DNA of 64,000 bases from the IMG/VR virus record IMGVR_UViG_3300042013_000103; one strand, written 5' to 3'. Positions 28,755 through 38,655 of the stretch are shown piece after piece. Each line of letters starts with the position of its first letter. The first letter of the stretch is position 1. Below the pieces are notes generated by a model. It was not told the origin of the DNA. It saw only the letters and a list, made by a program, of their open reading frames with translations, and did no database searches. A program made the position numbers and the translations under genes. This DNA is from a virus. Lineage: Duplodnaviria; Caudoviricetes.

Positions 28755-28902
28755 TGGTCTCCGGACCGGACCTGGTGAGGTATTGCATCCAGCGTTCCAT
28801 AAACTCGGTTTCGGCTTTACTGACTTTGACTTGATAAGTGATCACCAAGTCCGGCACGGGTTCACGCACAACCGTCTCACCAATCTCAGCTGCCAATTTC
28901 AT
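28723..28902 (-). CDS. EI-array microprotein (MKLAAEIG...NEIPACVPSE), 59 aa, not in track
   Basis: translated by hand. Confidence 0.7.
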   Translation of the reverse strand: MKLAAEIGETVVREPVPDLVITYQVKVSKAETEFMERWMQYLTRSGPETNEIPACVPSE

Positions 28903-29071
28903 GCTGTTCTTTCCCGGTAGGAAATATGGTGAATTCTTCCGGCCTCCATTTGAGGCTGGGTTTATGCAGATGGGCGCTTAAATCCATTATGCCAAAAGAG
29001 ATGGACATGGGTTCGGTACTGGAACTAAAATTCTCCCGGTCAGCGGGGACGATCTCTTGGTCAGATTTCAT
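28886..29071 (-). CDS. EI-array microprotein (MKSDQEIV...HEIGS), 61 aa
   Basis: ORF track plus motifs. Confidence 0.75.
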   Translation of the reverse strand: MKSDQEIVPADRENFSSSTEPMSISFGIMDLSAHLHKPSLKWRPEEFTIFPTGKEQHEIGS

Positions 29072-29342
29072 TGCGAGGTTTCACCATAGCGCCGTATATC
29101 CAGAAATTGCCTTCGGCGTCGATGTCGCCATCAAAGTCCAGCGCCATACCGCCCACCCCGTAGGCGGCGCATAGGTTGGGCAGGGTCCCGTTAACGCCGA
29201 TTTCGGTGGCCAATGGCTTACGTGAAGTGCGCCCCACTATTTGGAGGTTGCTTACGTCGTCAGGCGTATAGGACATGGACCCAAACGACAGGACATCAAA
29301 TTCATCCGAAGGGTGATCCCCGATCTCACCATTAGATTTCAT
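29061..29342 (-). CDS. EI-array microprotein (MKSNGEIG...NEI), 93 aa
   Basis: ORF track plus motifs; internal TEIG. Confidence 0.75.
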   Translation of the reverse strand: MKSNGEIGDHPSDEFDVLSFGSMSYTPDDVSNLQIVGRTSRKPLATEIGVNGTLPNLCAAYGVGGMALDFDGDIDAEGNFWIYGAMVKPRNEI

Positions 29343-29544
29343 TGTCTGTCCCCTTGACCAACCGACGCATCCAGTCCGCGCTATGCAGTTTCAGTTTAGG
29401 CGAACACAAAACAAAATCCAACCCACTGGGGTTGTTGTGGAAGGTTTCGCAATCCTTACTGGATATGTCGGAAATGCCGTTAAACCGCACACGCGGTGCA
29501 CAGTTCCCAACGGGGGACCCACCGATTTCCTGGTCAGATTTCAT
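29332..29544 (-). CDS. EI-array microprotein (MKSDQEIG...NEI), 70 aa
   Basis: start placed at the junction ATG. Confidence 0.75.
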   Translation of the reverse strand: MKSDQEIGGSPVGNCAPRVRFNGISDISSKDCETFHNNPSGLDFVLCSPKLKLHSADWMRRLVKGTDNEI

Positions 29545-29722
29545 TGCCATCTTGTTTCTCCTTGGTCGTGGCGACTAGGACAGATTCGGAATAATACCGC
29601 CCCACACCGCCGCGTGACATGACAACGCCATTTTCGTCAAACATCAAAAACCCAGGCTGCCATGAAGGTGCCGGGTTTTCAGGCGTACCAATTTCCCGGG
29701 GTTGGCCCTTACTGGATTTCAT
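29534..29722 (-). CDS. EI-array microprotein (MKSSKGQPREIG...NEI), 62 aa
   Basis: start placed at the junction ATG 29722. Confidence 0.75.
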   Translation of the reverse strand: MKSSKGQPREIGTPENPAPSWQPGFLMFDENGVVMSRGGVGRYYSESVLVATTKEKQDGNEI

Positions 29723-29942
29723 TGGAGTCCACCAGCAACGCGTCCATGGGGTGGTTCGGTCGGTGAGTGTGAGCAAAAACCATACCGAGCTCACCGCGGC
29801 GGAGTCCACCCGACAAGGCGCGGTTCAGAAAACTCGCCCCAGCCGGCATGCGGGCATTAAGGTCCGGTGATGGCGAGCTGACCAAAGCAATCAGTTCGGA
29901 CATGCCATCAGATGCGCTACCGATTTCAGTATTAGATTTCAT
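29709..29942 (-). CDS. EI-array microprotein (MKSNTEIG...NEIQ), 77 aa, with a DnaB-like segment
   Basis: contains FLNRALSGGLRRGELGMVFA. Confidence 0.75.
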   Translation of the reverse strand: MKSNTEIGSASDGMSELIALVSSPSPDLNARMPAGASFLNRALSGGLRRGELGMVFAHTHRPNHPMDALLVDSNEIQ

Positions 29943-30099
29943 GGGGGTCCTCTTTCCGCTTCACGGGTTTGTGGTTGGAGTTCAGCTCTAACAAAGCAAA
30001 TAACTTGACAATAGCCGGACTGACATTACGGGGCCGGGTCCAACTGGGTTGCCACTCTGGTTCGCTTTGGGAGTCACCTATTTCACGATCCGATTTCAT
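29932..30099 (-). CDS. EI-array microprotein (MKSDREIG...HEI), 55 aa, not in track
   Basis: translated by hand. Confidence 0.7.
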   Translation of the reverse strand: MKSDREIGDSQSEPEWQPSWTRPRNVSPAIVKLFALLELNSNHKPVKRKEDPHEI

Positions 30100-30283
30100 T
30101 CGTGGGCTTCCCTAACGTATTTTGGTAATACTTCGTCTTCAAACCCAAACCCTTAGTTAGCAGGTTACTTAAGAGGTCTTTATAATAGATGTCCTTCAAT
30201 TGATCATCCAGACGTACCTGCAGCGCAAATAGGTTATCCAGATGCGGTGGCGGAGGGTCACCAATCTCGTTGTCAGATTTCAT
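30083..30283 (-). CDS. EI-array microprotein (MKSDNEIG...NEIGS), 66 aa
   Basis: ORF track plus motifs. Confidence 0.75.
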   Translation of the reverse strand: MKSDNEIGDPPPPHLDNLFALQVRLDDQLKDIYYKDLLSNLLTKGLGLKTKYYQNTLGKPTNEIGS

Positions 30284-30461
30284 TTTCAGTCACCGGGCGA
30301 GGCGGAAACATGACACTGCGTGATGGCGTGGTCATGAAGTAGGGTGGCTGAAAGACCGCATCCGCCCACAAACGTTCCCGTTCCACGGCATCCTGCATAA
30401 CCTCGGAAAATGTCTTGGGGGGAGGCGGTTGGACTGAAGGAATTTCGTTATCCGATTTCAT
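30273..30461 (-). CDS. EI-array microprotein (MKSDNEIP...NEI), 62 aa
   Basis: ORF track plus motifs. Confidence 0.75.
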   Translation of the reverse strand: MKSDNEIPSVQPPPPKTFSEVMQDAVERERLWADAVFQPPYFMTTPSRSVMFPPRPVTENEI

Positions 30462-30660
30462 TCTGTTCCAACCCTTTAAGGTTATACGAAAGTAGTTTCA
30501 TTGGCCTAGTCCACCGTTGGAAGTAGTCCACCCCAGAACAGTCAGAGAGCGTTTTAGATTTCAGCCGCGCGGACATTTCTTCTTGGACCAGTTGTTGGTA
30601 ACGGTCTGTCAGTTCCTCGACACTTAGGTTGTCCGAAGGAATCTCGCAATTAGATTTCAT
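30448..30660 (-). CDS. EI-array microprotein (MKSNCEIP...NEIG), 70 aa
   Basis: start placed at the junction ATG 30660. Confidence 0.75.
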   Translation of the reverse strand: MKSNCEIPSDNLSVEELTDRYQQLVQEEMSARLKSKTLSDCSGVDYFQRWTRPMKLLSYNLKGLEQNEIG

Positions 30661-30796
30661 TAGGATTCTCCCGTCGGCGACGTTTCTCAGCGGCAATGGC
30701 CAAGCGGTCTTTAAGCCACCGCTGATATCGCAGGTCGAACTCTTCCGAAGTTTCCGGACGATCCCGAGGAATCGTCGTGTGCTTAGTGGATTTCAT
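30650..30796 (-). CDS. EI-array microprotein (MKSTKHTTIP...NEI), 48 aa, not in track
   Basis: translated by hand. Confidence 0.7.
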   Translation of the reverse strand: MKSTKHTTIPRDRPETSEEFDLRYQRWLKDRLAIAAEKRRRRENPNEI

Positions 30797-30953
30797 TTTG
30801 ATCCCCCGTGGGTTCCCACCCTTTCCAGCTCTCCATATGGGCAGCGATGCATTGCCTCGTAAATTCCGCGAGTTTCAGCGTGTTTTCATCCACCGTCGGA
30901 ACTCGATTGGGTGGAATCTCCAACAACGGTTTAGTTTTGTTTGAAGTGTCCAT
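30783..30953 (-). CDS. first EI-array microprotein (MDTSNKTKPLLEIP...NEIH), 56 aa, not in track
   Basis: translated by hand. Confidence 0.65.
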   Translation of the reverse strand: MDTSNKTKPLLEIPPNRVPTVDENTLKLAEFTRQCIAAHMESWKGWEPTGDQNEIH

Positions 30954-30956
30954 GAA

Positions 30957-31133
30957 TTAACCCAGTGTATTGAGAATAATCTGTGGTTCTTCCAGTGGTT
31001 GAAGGGTGGTGCATTTCCACCAGTCATGGATTTCTTTGGTGTGGTCTACTGACTGCAAGCCCGTCGCGCGCCCAGCCCGTTTCCGGGCAGTCTTATGAAT
31101 TCCTTGGTACAACCGCAATACTCCGCGCTTCAT
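30957..31133 (-). CDS. small basic hypothetical protein, 58 aa, not in track
   Basis: AAGGA SD plus ATG; fills the gap between genes. Confidence 0.45.
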   Translation of the reverse strand: MKRGVLRLYQGIHKTARKRAGRATGLQSVDHTKEIHDWWKCTTLQPLEEPQIILNTLG

Positions 31134-31142
31134 TGCTTGTCC

Positions 31143-31604
31143 TTAATAGAGGTGTTCCGAAAAGAGTTCTTTGGTGCTGCGACCCTCTTCTAATAAAGGA
31201 CGCCCTTGCCACTTACACAAGTCCATGGCTTCCCGCCGTCCCCAGAACCCACCGTACTGGTCGATGAACCCCTGTTGATAACCGGACTCGTTGTTTTCTT
31301 CTGGGTCATCATCGGCATTGGCATACGCATTCAAGGCATCAATACCCACGAGGTTGATCATCGACCACATCGGTACGCTGTAATGGCGGGTACCCGTGAT
31401 AATAAAATCTTTGTAACGGTTGGCCGCACAGACGATTACTAACGTCACGTTGAACTTGTCCCATCGCCAACCAGTGAACCCGTCTTCGTCGGTTTCGATC
31501 CAACACCGTTCCATGTATAGCGCCCGAGATGCAGCTGCCGCTTCGGCAATGATTTGCAAACGGGTTTCCAAAGGAATGCTCTTTACAGTAGGCAACTCAA
31601 ACAT
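31143..31604 (-). CDS. conserved-type phage hypothetical protein
   Basis: IITGTRHY...QQGFIDQYGGFWGRREA, a pattern recalled from many phage proteins. Confidence 0.7.
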   Translation of the reverse strand: MFELPTVKSIPLETRLQIIAEAAAASRALYMERCWIETDEDGFTGWRWDKFNVTLVIVCAANRYKDFIITGTRHYSVPMWSMINLVGIDALNAYANADDDPEENNESGYQQGFIDQYGGFWGRREAMDLCKWQGRPLLEEGRSTKELFSEHLY

Positions 31605-31794
31605 TAGACATTCCTGTAACGTTGATAAAGACCACTGGCCATGATCGCCTTGGCTTGAACAATGGCGCGCCGATGCGTTTGCTGGTGAGTCGCCATAACA
31701 GACACGAGGTCGATTAGGTGCCGGCGTTTCCCCTGGGTAAGTTTCTTGGCCACTAGAACACCGCTCCATTAAAAAGGTTTTTTGCTTCGGTAAC

Positions 31795-31820
31795 GTAATA
31801 TATTCCCAAAAATAAATGCA
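31795..31820 (-). promoter_or_regulatory. early promoter upstream of the EI-array operon
   Basis: TGCATTTAT...ATATATTAC. Confidence 0.65.
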
Positions 31821-31826
31821 ACATAA

Positions 31827-31846
31827 GCCTCCCCCGAAGGAGAGGC
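31827..31846 (-). terminator. intrinsic terminator, UUCG loop
   Basis: gcctcccc-cgaa-ggagaggc. Confidence 0.7.
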
Positions 31847-31856
31847 CATTATGCCG

Positions 31857-32018
31857 TTACAGCTGCTGCAGCTCTTGGTGGATAAGCTGGCGTGCTTGGG
31901 TGCGTTCCACCCCATGAGTCAGCTTCTTGGTGATCCGTCCAGGACTGGCGCAGGAGATCCCGCGCTTACCCCAGTACTCGAACCCACCTGCCTTTCCACC
32001 GCGAATCGAACGTGCCAT
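31857..32018 (-). CDS. small basic protein MARSIRGGKAGGFEYWGKRG..., 53 aa, not in track
   Basis: translated by hand; AGGGG SD. Confidence 0.6.
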   Translation of the reverse strand: MARSIRGGKAGGFEYWGKRGISCASPGRITKKLTHGVERTQARQLIHQELQQL

Positions 32019-32081
32019 GCGAATTACCCCTTTGGGTTGTCTGTGATAATCGCAGCCAAACTTGGTGGTATACGGGCATAC

Positions 32082-32270
32082 TTACTCCCATTCTTCTCGG
32101 TCAGCAATCTCTTGCGCGTTATCACGCAGAGCTTTACGTTGTTCCAAGGTGAAGGACAGCCACATGGTTTTCAACGGATCGTTGATGTAGTTGCGCCAGT
32201 TGTGTACCCGGCCCCCGTCTAGCCAGTTCGGATGAACCCACTCCGGGAGCTCGCCGTACTTATCCATCAC
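32082..32270 (-). CDS. Trp-rich small phage protein
   Basis: VHNWRNYI...W..F..EQR.A. Confidence 0.65.
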   Translation of the reverse strand: MMDKYGELPEWVHPNWLDGGRVHNWRNYINDPLKTMWLSFTLEQRKALRDNAQEIADREEWE

Positions 32271-32424
32271 TGGACCAGCGTGTTGGACGGTCCAAAAAGG
32301 CTTTCAGTTTGGCCGTTTGTTCCGGTGTGGGTTCGGCTTCCACGATTTCAGTGATCCGATCAAATGCAGCATCGGACACCAGGATCTTTTCCGGGATCAA
32401 CCCGGCCAGTTCGGTATCAGGCAT
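32260..32424 (-). CDS. 54 aa protein resembling the C-terminal half of DUF1778/TacA antitoxins, not in track
   Basis: AGGAG SD; EKILVSDAAFDRITEIVEAEPTPEQTAKLKAFL. Confidence 0.55.
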   Translation of the reverse strand: MPDTELAGLIPEKILVSDAAFDRITEIVEAEPTPEQTAKLKAFLDRPTRWSSDG

Positions 32425-32433
32425 GATTAACTC

Positions 32434-32778
32434 CTAAGTGTTAACTTGGGCGTAAAGTTCAGAACACAGGCTGACCAGATAGACCGCTTTGCCGTCAGCG
32501 TCATGTTCCAAGCCATTGGGGTGGTTGCCAGGGTAGAACGGAATGAAGTTCCCTGCGCCATCGGTTAAACGAAACTTGGCATCGGCCCCGTCCCGTGAGT
32601 CGGTTAGCGACAGCATGATGTTGAGCCCCATTGTCATGCCTTGTTCGTAGAACGACAGTTCCCGTGCGGACCAACCAAATTGTTCCGCCACACCGGCTTG
32701 AAATTCCATTCGTTGCTTACGCCATTCTCGAATGTCATCGATAAGGGCTTGACGGGTTTCGTCACTTGCCGGGGTCAT
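32434..32778 (-). CDS. hypothetical protein
   Basis: ATGA overlap at 32778. Confidence 0.6.
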   Translation of the reverse strand: MTPASDETRQALIDDIREWRKQRMEFQAGVAEQFGWSARELSFYEQGMTMGLNIMLSLTDSRDGADAKFRLTDGAGNFIPFYPGNHPNGLEHDADGKAVYLVSLCSELYAQVNT

Positions 32779-33071
32779 GGATGTGTCACCTCGATGGGGT
32801 TGTCCAGGTGTAGCTGGATGTGTCGATCGCTCCAACCCAGGGCTTTGAGGCGCCGGGTTTCAGTGGCGGTGTTGATGCGGCTCAACAGGACTTTGTCCGC
32901 GTCATCGTAAACACCCTTCTTGCTCAACAGATACGCCACGTCCGCCACTGTGGGTTCGTTGTTCGGGTTGGGGTCTATGCGCGTATGTAGTGCTTGGCGC
33001 CATTCCTCTTCCGTCCCTTTGAACTTACATTGCACTGCGGCTTCATAAGCCGACTTGCCGACATCGGTCAT
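32775..33071 (-). CDS. hypothetical protein
   Basis: ATGA overlap at 33071. Confidence 0.6.
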   Translation of the reverse strand: MTDVGKSAYEAAVQCKFKGTEEEWRQALHTRIDPNPNNEPTVADVAYLLSKKGVYDDADKVLLSRINTATETRRLKALGWSDRHIQLHLDNPIEVTHP

Positions 33072-33368
33072 AAGTAGAAACTCCTGTCGTCTTTCGGACG
33101 GTCCCGATACGGCAACCAGCTGGACGGTACGTTGTGAGGGAAATGGCGCATGTGCGAGATCTCGTGGGAGCGTACGTAGAACCCACATTCGGTCTGTCGG
33201 TCCTCGTGTGTCACCACATACGCCATGTGCCCTCCGACAGTGCGGGTTTTATGTGCTTCCTTGATGATCAACTTGTCGCCGAACCAACAAAACACCCCGC
33301 CCGGTGAATGGTCATTGGGTCCTTCCGCGATTAGGCGAATGGCGTAGACCGTGTCTTTCACTTGGAAA

Positions 33369-33382
<14 letters not shown>
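33068..33382 (-). CDS. small beta-rich hypothetical protein (FGDKLII motif)
   Basis: 104 aa ORF. Confidence 0.6.
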
Positions 33383-35900
<2,518 letters not shown>

Positions 35901-35915
35901 GCTTGACTCCGGGGG

Positions 35916-36551
35916 TTAAATGACACCACTAAACTCCGAAGACGGGAGTGCACTGGCTTTCACCTCGGCACACTCGATGTTAAATGCCTTGCGGAGGATG
36001 TCCATGGAAAGGTTTTCCCGCAGGTCCGGTCCAAACTGAGTCACCCGAATGTCCTCGGTGACCGACGCTTGGGCGCATTTCAACAACGCCCGTTGTGTGT
36101 CGGTCAGTCCGTAAGGGGTGGCCTTGAAGAAGCGATGACTGGGTATGTGGTTCGCGCGTTCAGTGGAAATCACCACCGAACCTTCTGTCGTTCCCCGGAT
36201 GTCCCAGGTCAACCCACTGTTGGTGATGTGTATCACCGAACCGCTCTTCGAGATGAAATGGAACTCGAAGTTGGGACACTCTGCCTGGAGGTCGTGGAGA
36301 CGCGTTAACACCTTAGGGTTCCGGTAGTGGATCATTTCCCCGATCGCGCCTCCTACGCTGCTCAGGAGGGCTGGACCACCCCGTAATACCACCCAATCTA
36401 TGTCAAAACTCCAATCGCGCTGTTTGTTCGGGTGCGGGAGCACAAAGTCCATCAACGTCGTCTTGATCAACATGAACTTGACGGGGGCGTTGAGGTCTTC
36501 ACACAATAAGAACCCATCCTCGGTTTTTAACAAAAAAGAAATCATACCCAT
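35916..36551 (-). CDS. hypothetical protein
   Basis: 211 aa ORF. Confidence 0.65.
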   Translation of the reverse strand: MGMISFLLKTEDGFLLCEDLNAPVKFMLIKTTLMDFVLPHPNKQRDWSFDIDWVVLRGGPALLSSVGGAIGEMIHYRNPKVLTRLHDLQAECPNFEFHFISKSGSVIHITNSGLTWDIRGTTEGSVVISTERANHIPSHRFFKATPYGLTDTQRALLKCAQASVTEDIRVTQFGPDLRENLSMDILRKAFNIECAEVKASALPSSEFSGVI

Positions 36552-36560
36552 GCCTCATAA

Positions 36561-36580
36561 AGCTTCCCCGAAGGGAAGCT
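36561..36580 (-). terminator. intrinsic terminator, UUCG loop
   Basis: agcttccc-cgaa-gggaagct. Confidence 0.7.
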
Positions 36581-36585
36581 AGGGA

Positions 36586-37119
36586 TTAGAATTCGAAGCC
36601 CCGTACTCGGTCAAAGAGTTTGGTGGTTTCCGGGGGACCGAGCAGCGTGTCGTTATCCGTGGTTTTGAGGGCATCATCCCGCAACAGTTCTTCACGACGC
36701 TTCAGCTCTTGGCGAATGAGCGCACAAGCGGACAGGGTGGGCAGATCCAACGTGTCCCAGAACACCCAGTAGTTACTGAACCCGTGGCGGTTGCTCCACA
36801 CCCCATGGGGCAGGCGTAAACAAATCCAACCGTCCAAGGCGTCCACCAACCCCACCAACTTCGACAGGTTACCGTCACTGACTTGCCCCACCATTTCTCG
36901 CAACAGGCCTTGGGCTTCTGGGTTGGCGGTGATTGAATCGCTTCCCACAATGGTGATGCTTAACACATCGAACGCATTACCTGCCACCAACCAAGTATAG
37001 TCACTGGGTTTAATGGGGGTGAAGTGTAGAAAGAATCGCGCTACTGCTGGATCCACCCAATGCAGTTCTTCGGTAGCTGACACCAAAATGCGGTGTTGCA
37101 CCGGGTTTAGAGTTACCAT
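36586..37119 (-). CDS. hypothetical protein
   Basis: 177 aa ORF. Confidence 0.65.
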   Translation of the reverse strand: MVTLNPVQHRILVSATEELHWVDPAVARFFLHFTPIKPSDYTWLVAGNAFDVLSITIVGSDSITANPEAQGLLREMVGQVSDGNLSKLVGLVDALDGWICLRLPHGVWSNRHGFSNYWVFWDTLDLPTLSACALIRQELKRREELLRDDALKTTDNDTLLGPPETTKLFDRVRGFEF

Positions 37120-37199
37120 AACGTGGGCCTCGTGTAAGGTGCCGCTTCATCGGCTTTGAATTTGATATAACCGCGAGACGCAGTCCATCAAAACACCTA

Positions 37200-37460
37200 T
37201 TAGTTGTTGACTGTGTTGAACAGCCGCAAGGAAAACTTTAGTGATCCGCCGGTAGGCAGCACCAACTCATTCACGCAGTCTTTGTCCACCACGTGAACTT
37301 CCAAGGAAGCCAACGCGTGAAAAGCCAGTTGCACGCCTGTGGCGACACCTGCGTCGTATGCGTTTTCTTCCGATTCACTCGCCGCGGTGTTTTTTGCCAC
37401 GTACGCTTCAGTGGCTGCGTACTGTAAACTTTTGAGTAACACTTGGAGATCAATGTTCAT
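37200..37460 (-). CDS. hypothetical protein
   Basis: 86 aa ORF. Confidence 0.6.
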   Translation of the reverse strand: MNIDLQVLLKSLQYAATEAYVAKNTAASESEENAYDAGVATGVQLAFHALASLEVHVVDKDCVNELVLPTGGSLKFSLRLFNTVNN

Positions 37461-37503
37461 CAGTTCACCTTCTTCAGTGGAGGACGTACCTGGCCGGTTT
37501 AGG

Positions 37504-38133
37504 TTATACCCGTGGCGTGATGATCTCTGCGCCTTGGTTCAAATACTTGCCACCTCGGTCGGCGTAAGAGGTTTCGCATTCTTGATCCAACCGATGGAAG
37601 ACCAGTTGCAAACACCCTTCATTGGCGTAGAACCGGTTGGTGCGGCAGGTGGTGTTCTGGAACTCCAGGGTTACGTAACCTGGCCATCCGCATTCCAGTG
37701 GGGTGCACAAGCAATTCCAGCCCGCCCGGGCGATGGTCGACTTACCGATGCACACCGCCAACACGTCACGGGGCATGGCAATGCGTTCCACGCTGCGGGT
37801 CAGCAGAAAGCCACCCGGAGGGACGTCGATGTAATCCCCGAAGTGATCCGAGAACATCTCCGCGGGAATGTTTTTGTAATCGATGATCGACTGTTCCGGT
37901 TCATGCCCGGTGAACAACCACTGCAGTCGCTGCCAGAAGGTCAGCTTGGTCGGAGGGATGAATAATTTAAACTCACCCGCCGCCCGGATGTCGTACCCAC
38001 CGGACGACAGGCCGTAGGACGCAATCTTCTTACCGGTAGGGTCGACTTTAACGGATTGCCCAACAAAGGGCGAAATCATGGGGTTTTCACCCGTGCACAA
38101 GTCACGAATGGTTTTGTCGGACAATACGCTCAT
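37504..38133 (-). CDS. dcd: dCTP deaminase
   Basis: SYGLSSGGYDIR, GKSTIARAG, TPLECGWPGYVTLE, YANEGCLQL, SYADRGGKY. Confidence 0.95.
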   Translation of the reverse strand: MSVLSDKTIRDLCTGENPMISPFVGQSVKVDPTGKKIASYGLSSGGYDIRAAGEFKLFIPPTKLTFWQRLQWLFTGHEPEQSIIDYKNIPAEMFSDHFGDYIDVPPGGFLLTRSVERIAMPRDVLAVCIGKSTIARAGWNCLCTPLECGWPGYVTLEFQNTTCRTNRFYANEGCLQLVFHRLDQECETSYADRGGKYLNQGAEIITPRV

Positions 38134-38196
38134 TTCAAACCTGCTTATAAAGGAAAGGACTCTAACAGAATAGGGACTTCCGTAGAATTACGTGGC

Positions 38197-38655
38197 TTAT
38201 TGGCCTGTCGCAAGAAAGATCATGTCCAAGGACCGGTTGACCGCATCGGGACCGTTGGCAACCAACAGATGATGACTGCTCAGGCCCGAATTGGCAGGGA
38301 TGCCAGCGGGGTCGGTCAGTTGTTCCACGGTGCCCGTGATAAAGAAGCACCGTCCGTGCATGGGGGACAGTCGCAATGCATCCACCACTGCTTGGGTACA
38401 AGGGAACACCACGTGGGTATCGTGTACCTTATCGGCTTCGGCCAAAATGTCAGTCACCCCTTCCACGTAATCCACAAAGTGAATCCGCGGATCGTTTTCT
38501 TTGACGTAGGTCCCAGGACAAGCCACGATCAACGACGTGATGGGGCGTTGCTCAATCGGCGGAAACGGTGATGCACAAGCTGACGCATTCATTTCAACAT
38601 CCTTAAAATTCAGTGAGTCGAGGGTCACGGGGGTCATGAATCTGTCGCCAGTCAA
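38197..38655 (-). CDS. hypothetical protein
   Basis: 152 aa ORF. Confidence 0.6.
   Translation of the reverse strand: MTGDRFMTPVTLDSLNFKDVEMNASACASPFPPIEQRPITSLIVACPGTYVKENDPRIHFVDYVEGVTDILAEADKVHDTHVVFPCTQAVVDALRLSPMHGRCFFITGTVEQLTDPAGIPANSGLSSHHLLVANGPDAVNRSLDMIFLATGQ

Larger units (their letters stand above)
28140..30953 (-). repeat. array of 14 overlapping micro-ORFs joined by a degenerate (A/C)ATGAAAT(C)-N7-GARAT junction repeat
   Basis: ATGAAAT read at every junction: AAT GAA ATC = NEI at the end of one ORF, ATG AAA TC = MKS at the start of the next. Confidence 0.9.

Noticed and set aside
28140-30953. EI array as a CRISPR array
   Set aside because: Repeats are degenerate, spacers are 130-290 nt open reading frames with SD sites, and no cas genes are in the window.
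28140-30953. EI array as a DGR, integron or shufflon
   Set aside because: No reverse transcriptase, integrase or invertase in the window, no attC-like palindromes, no template/variable repeat pair, and all units face the same way. A trans-acting recombinase elsewhere is not excluded.
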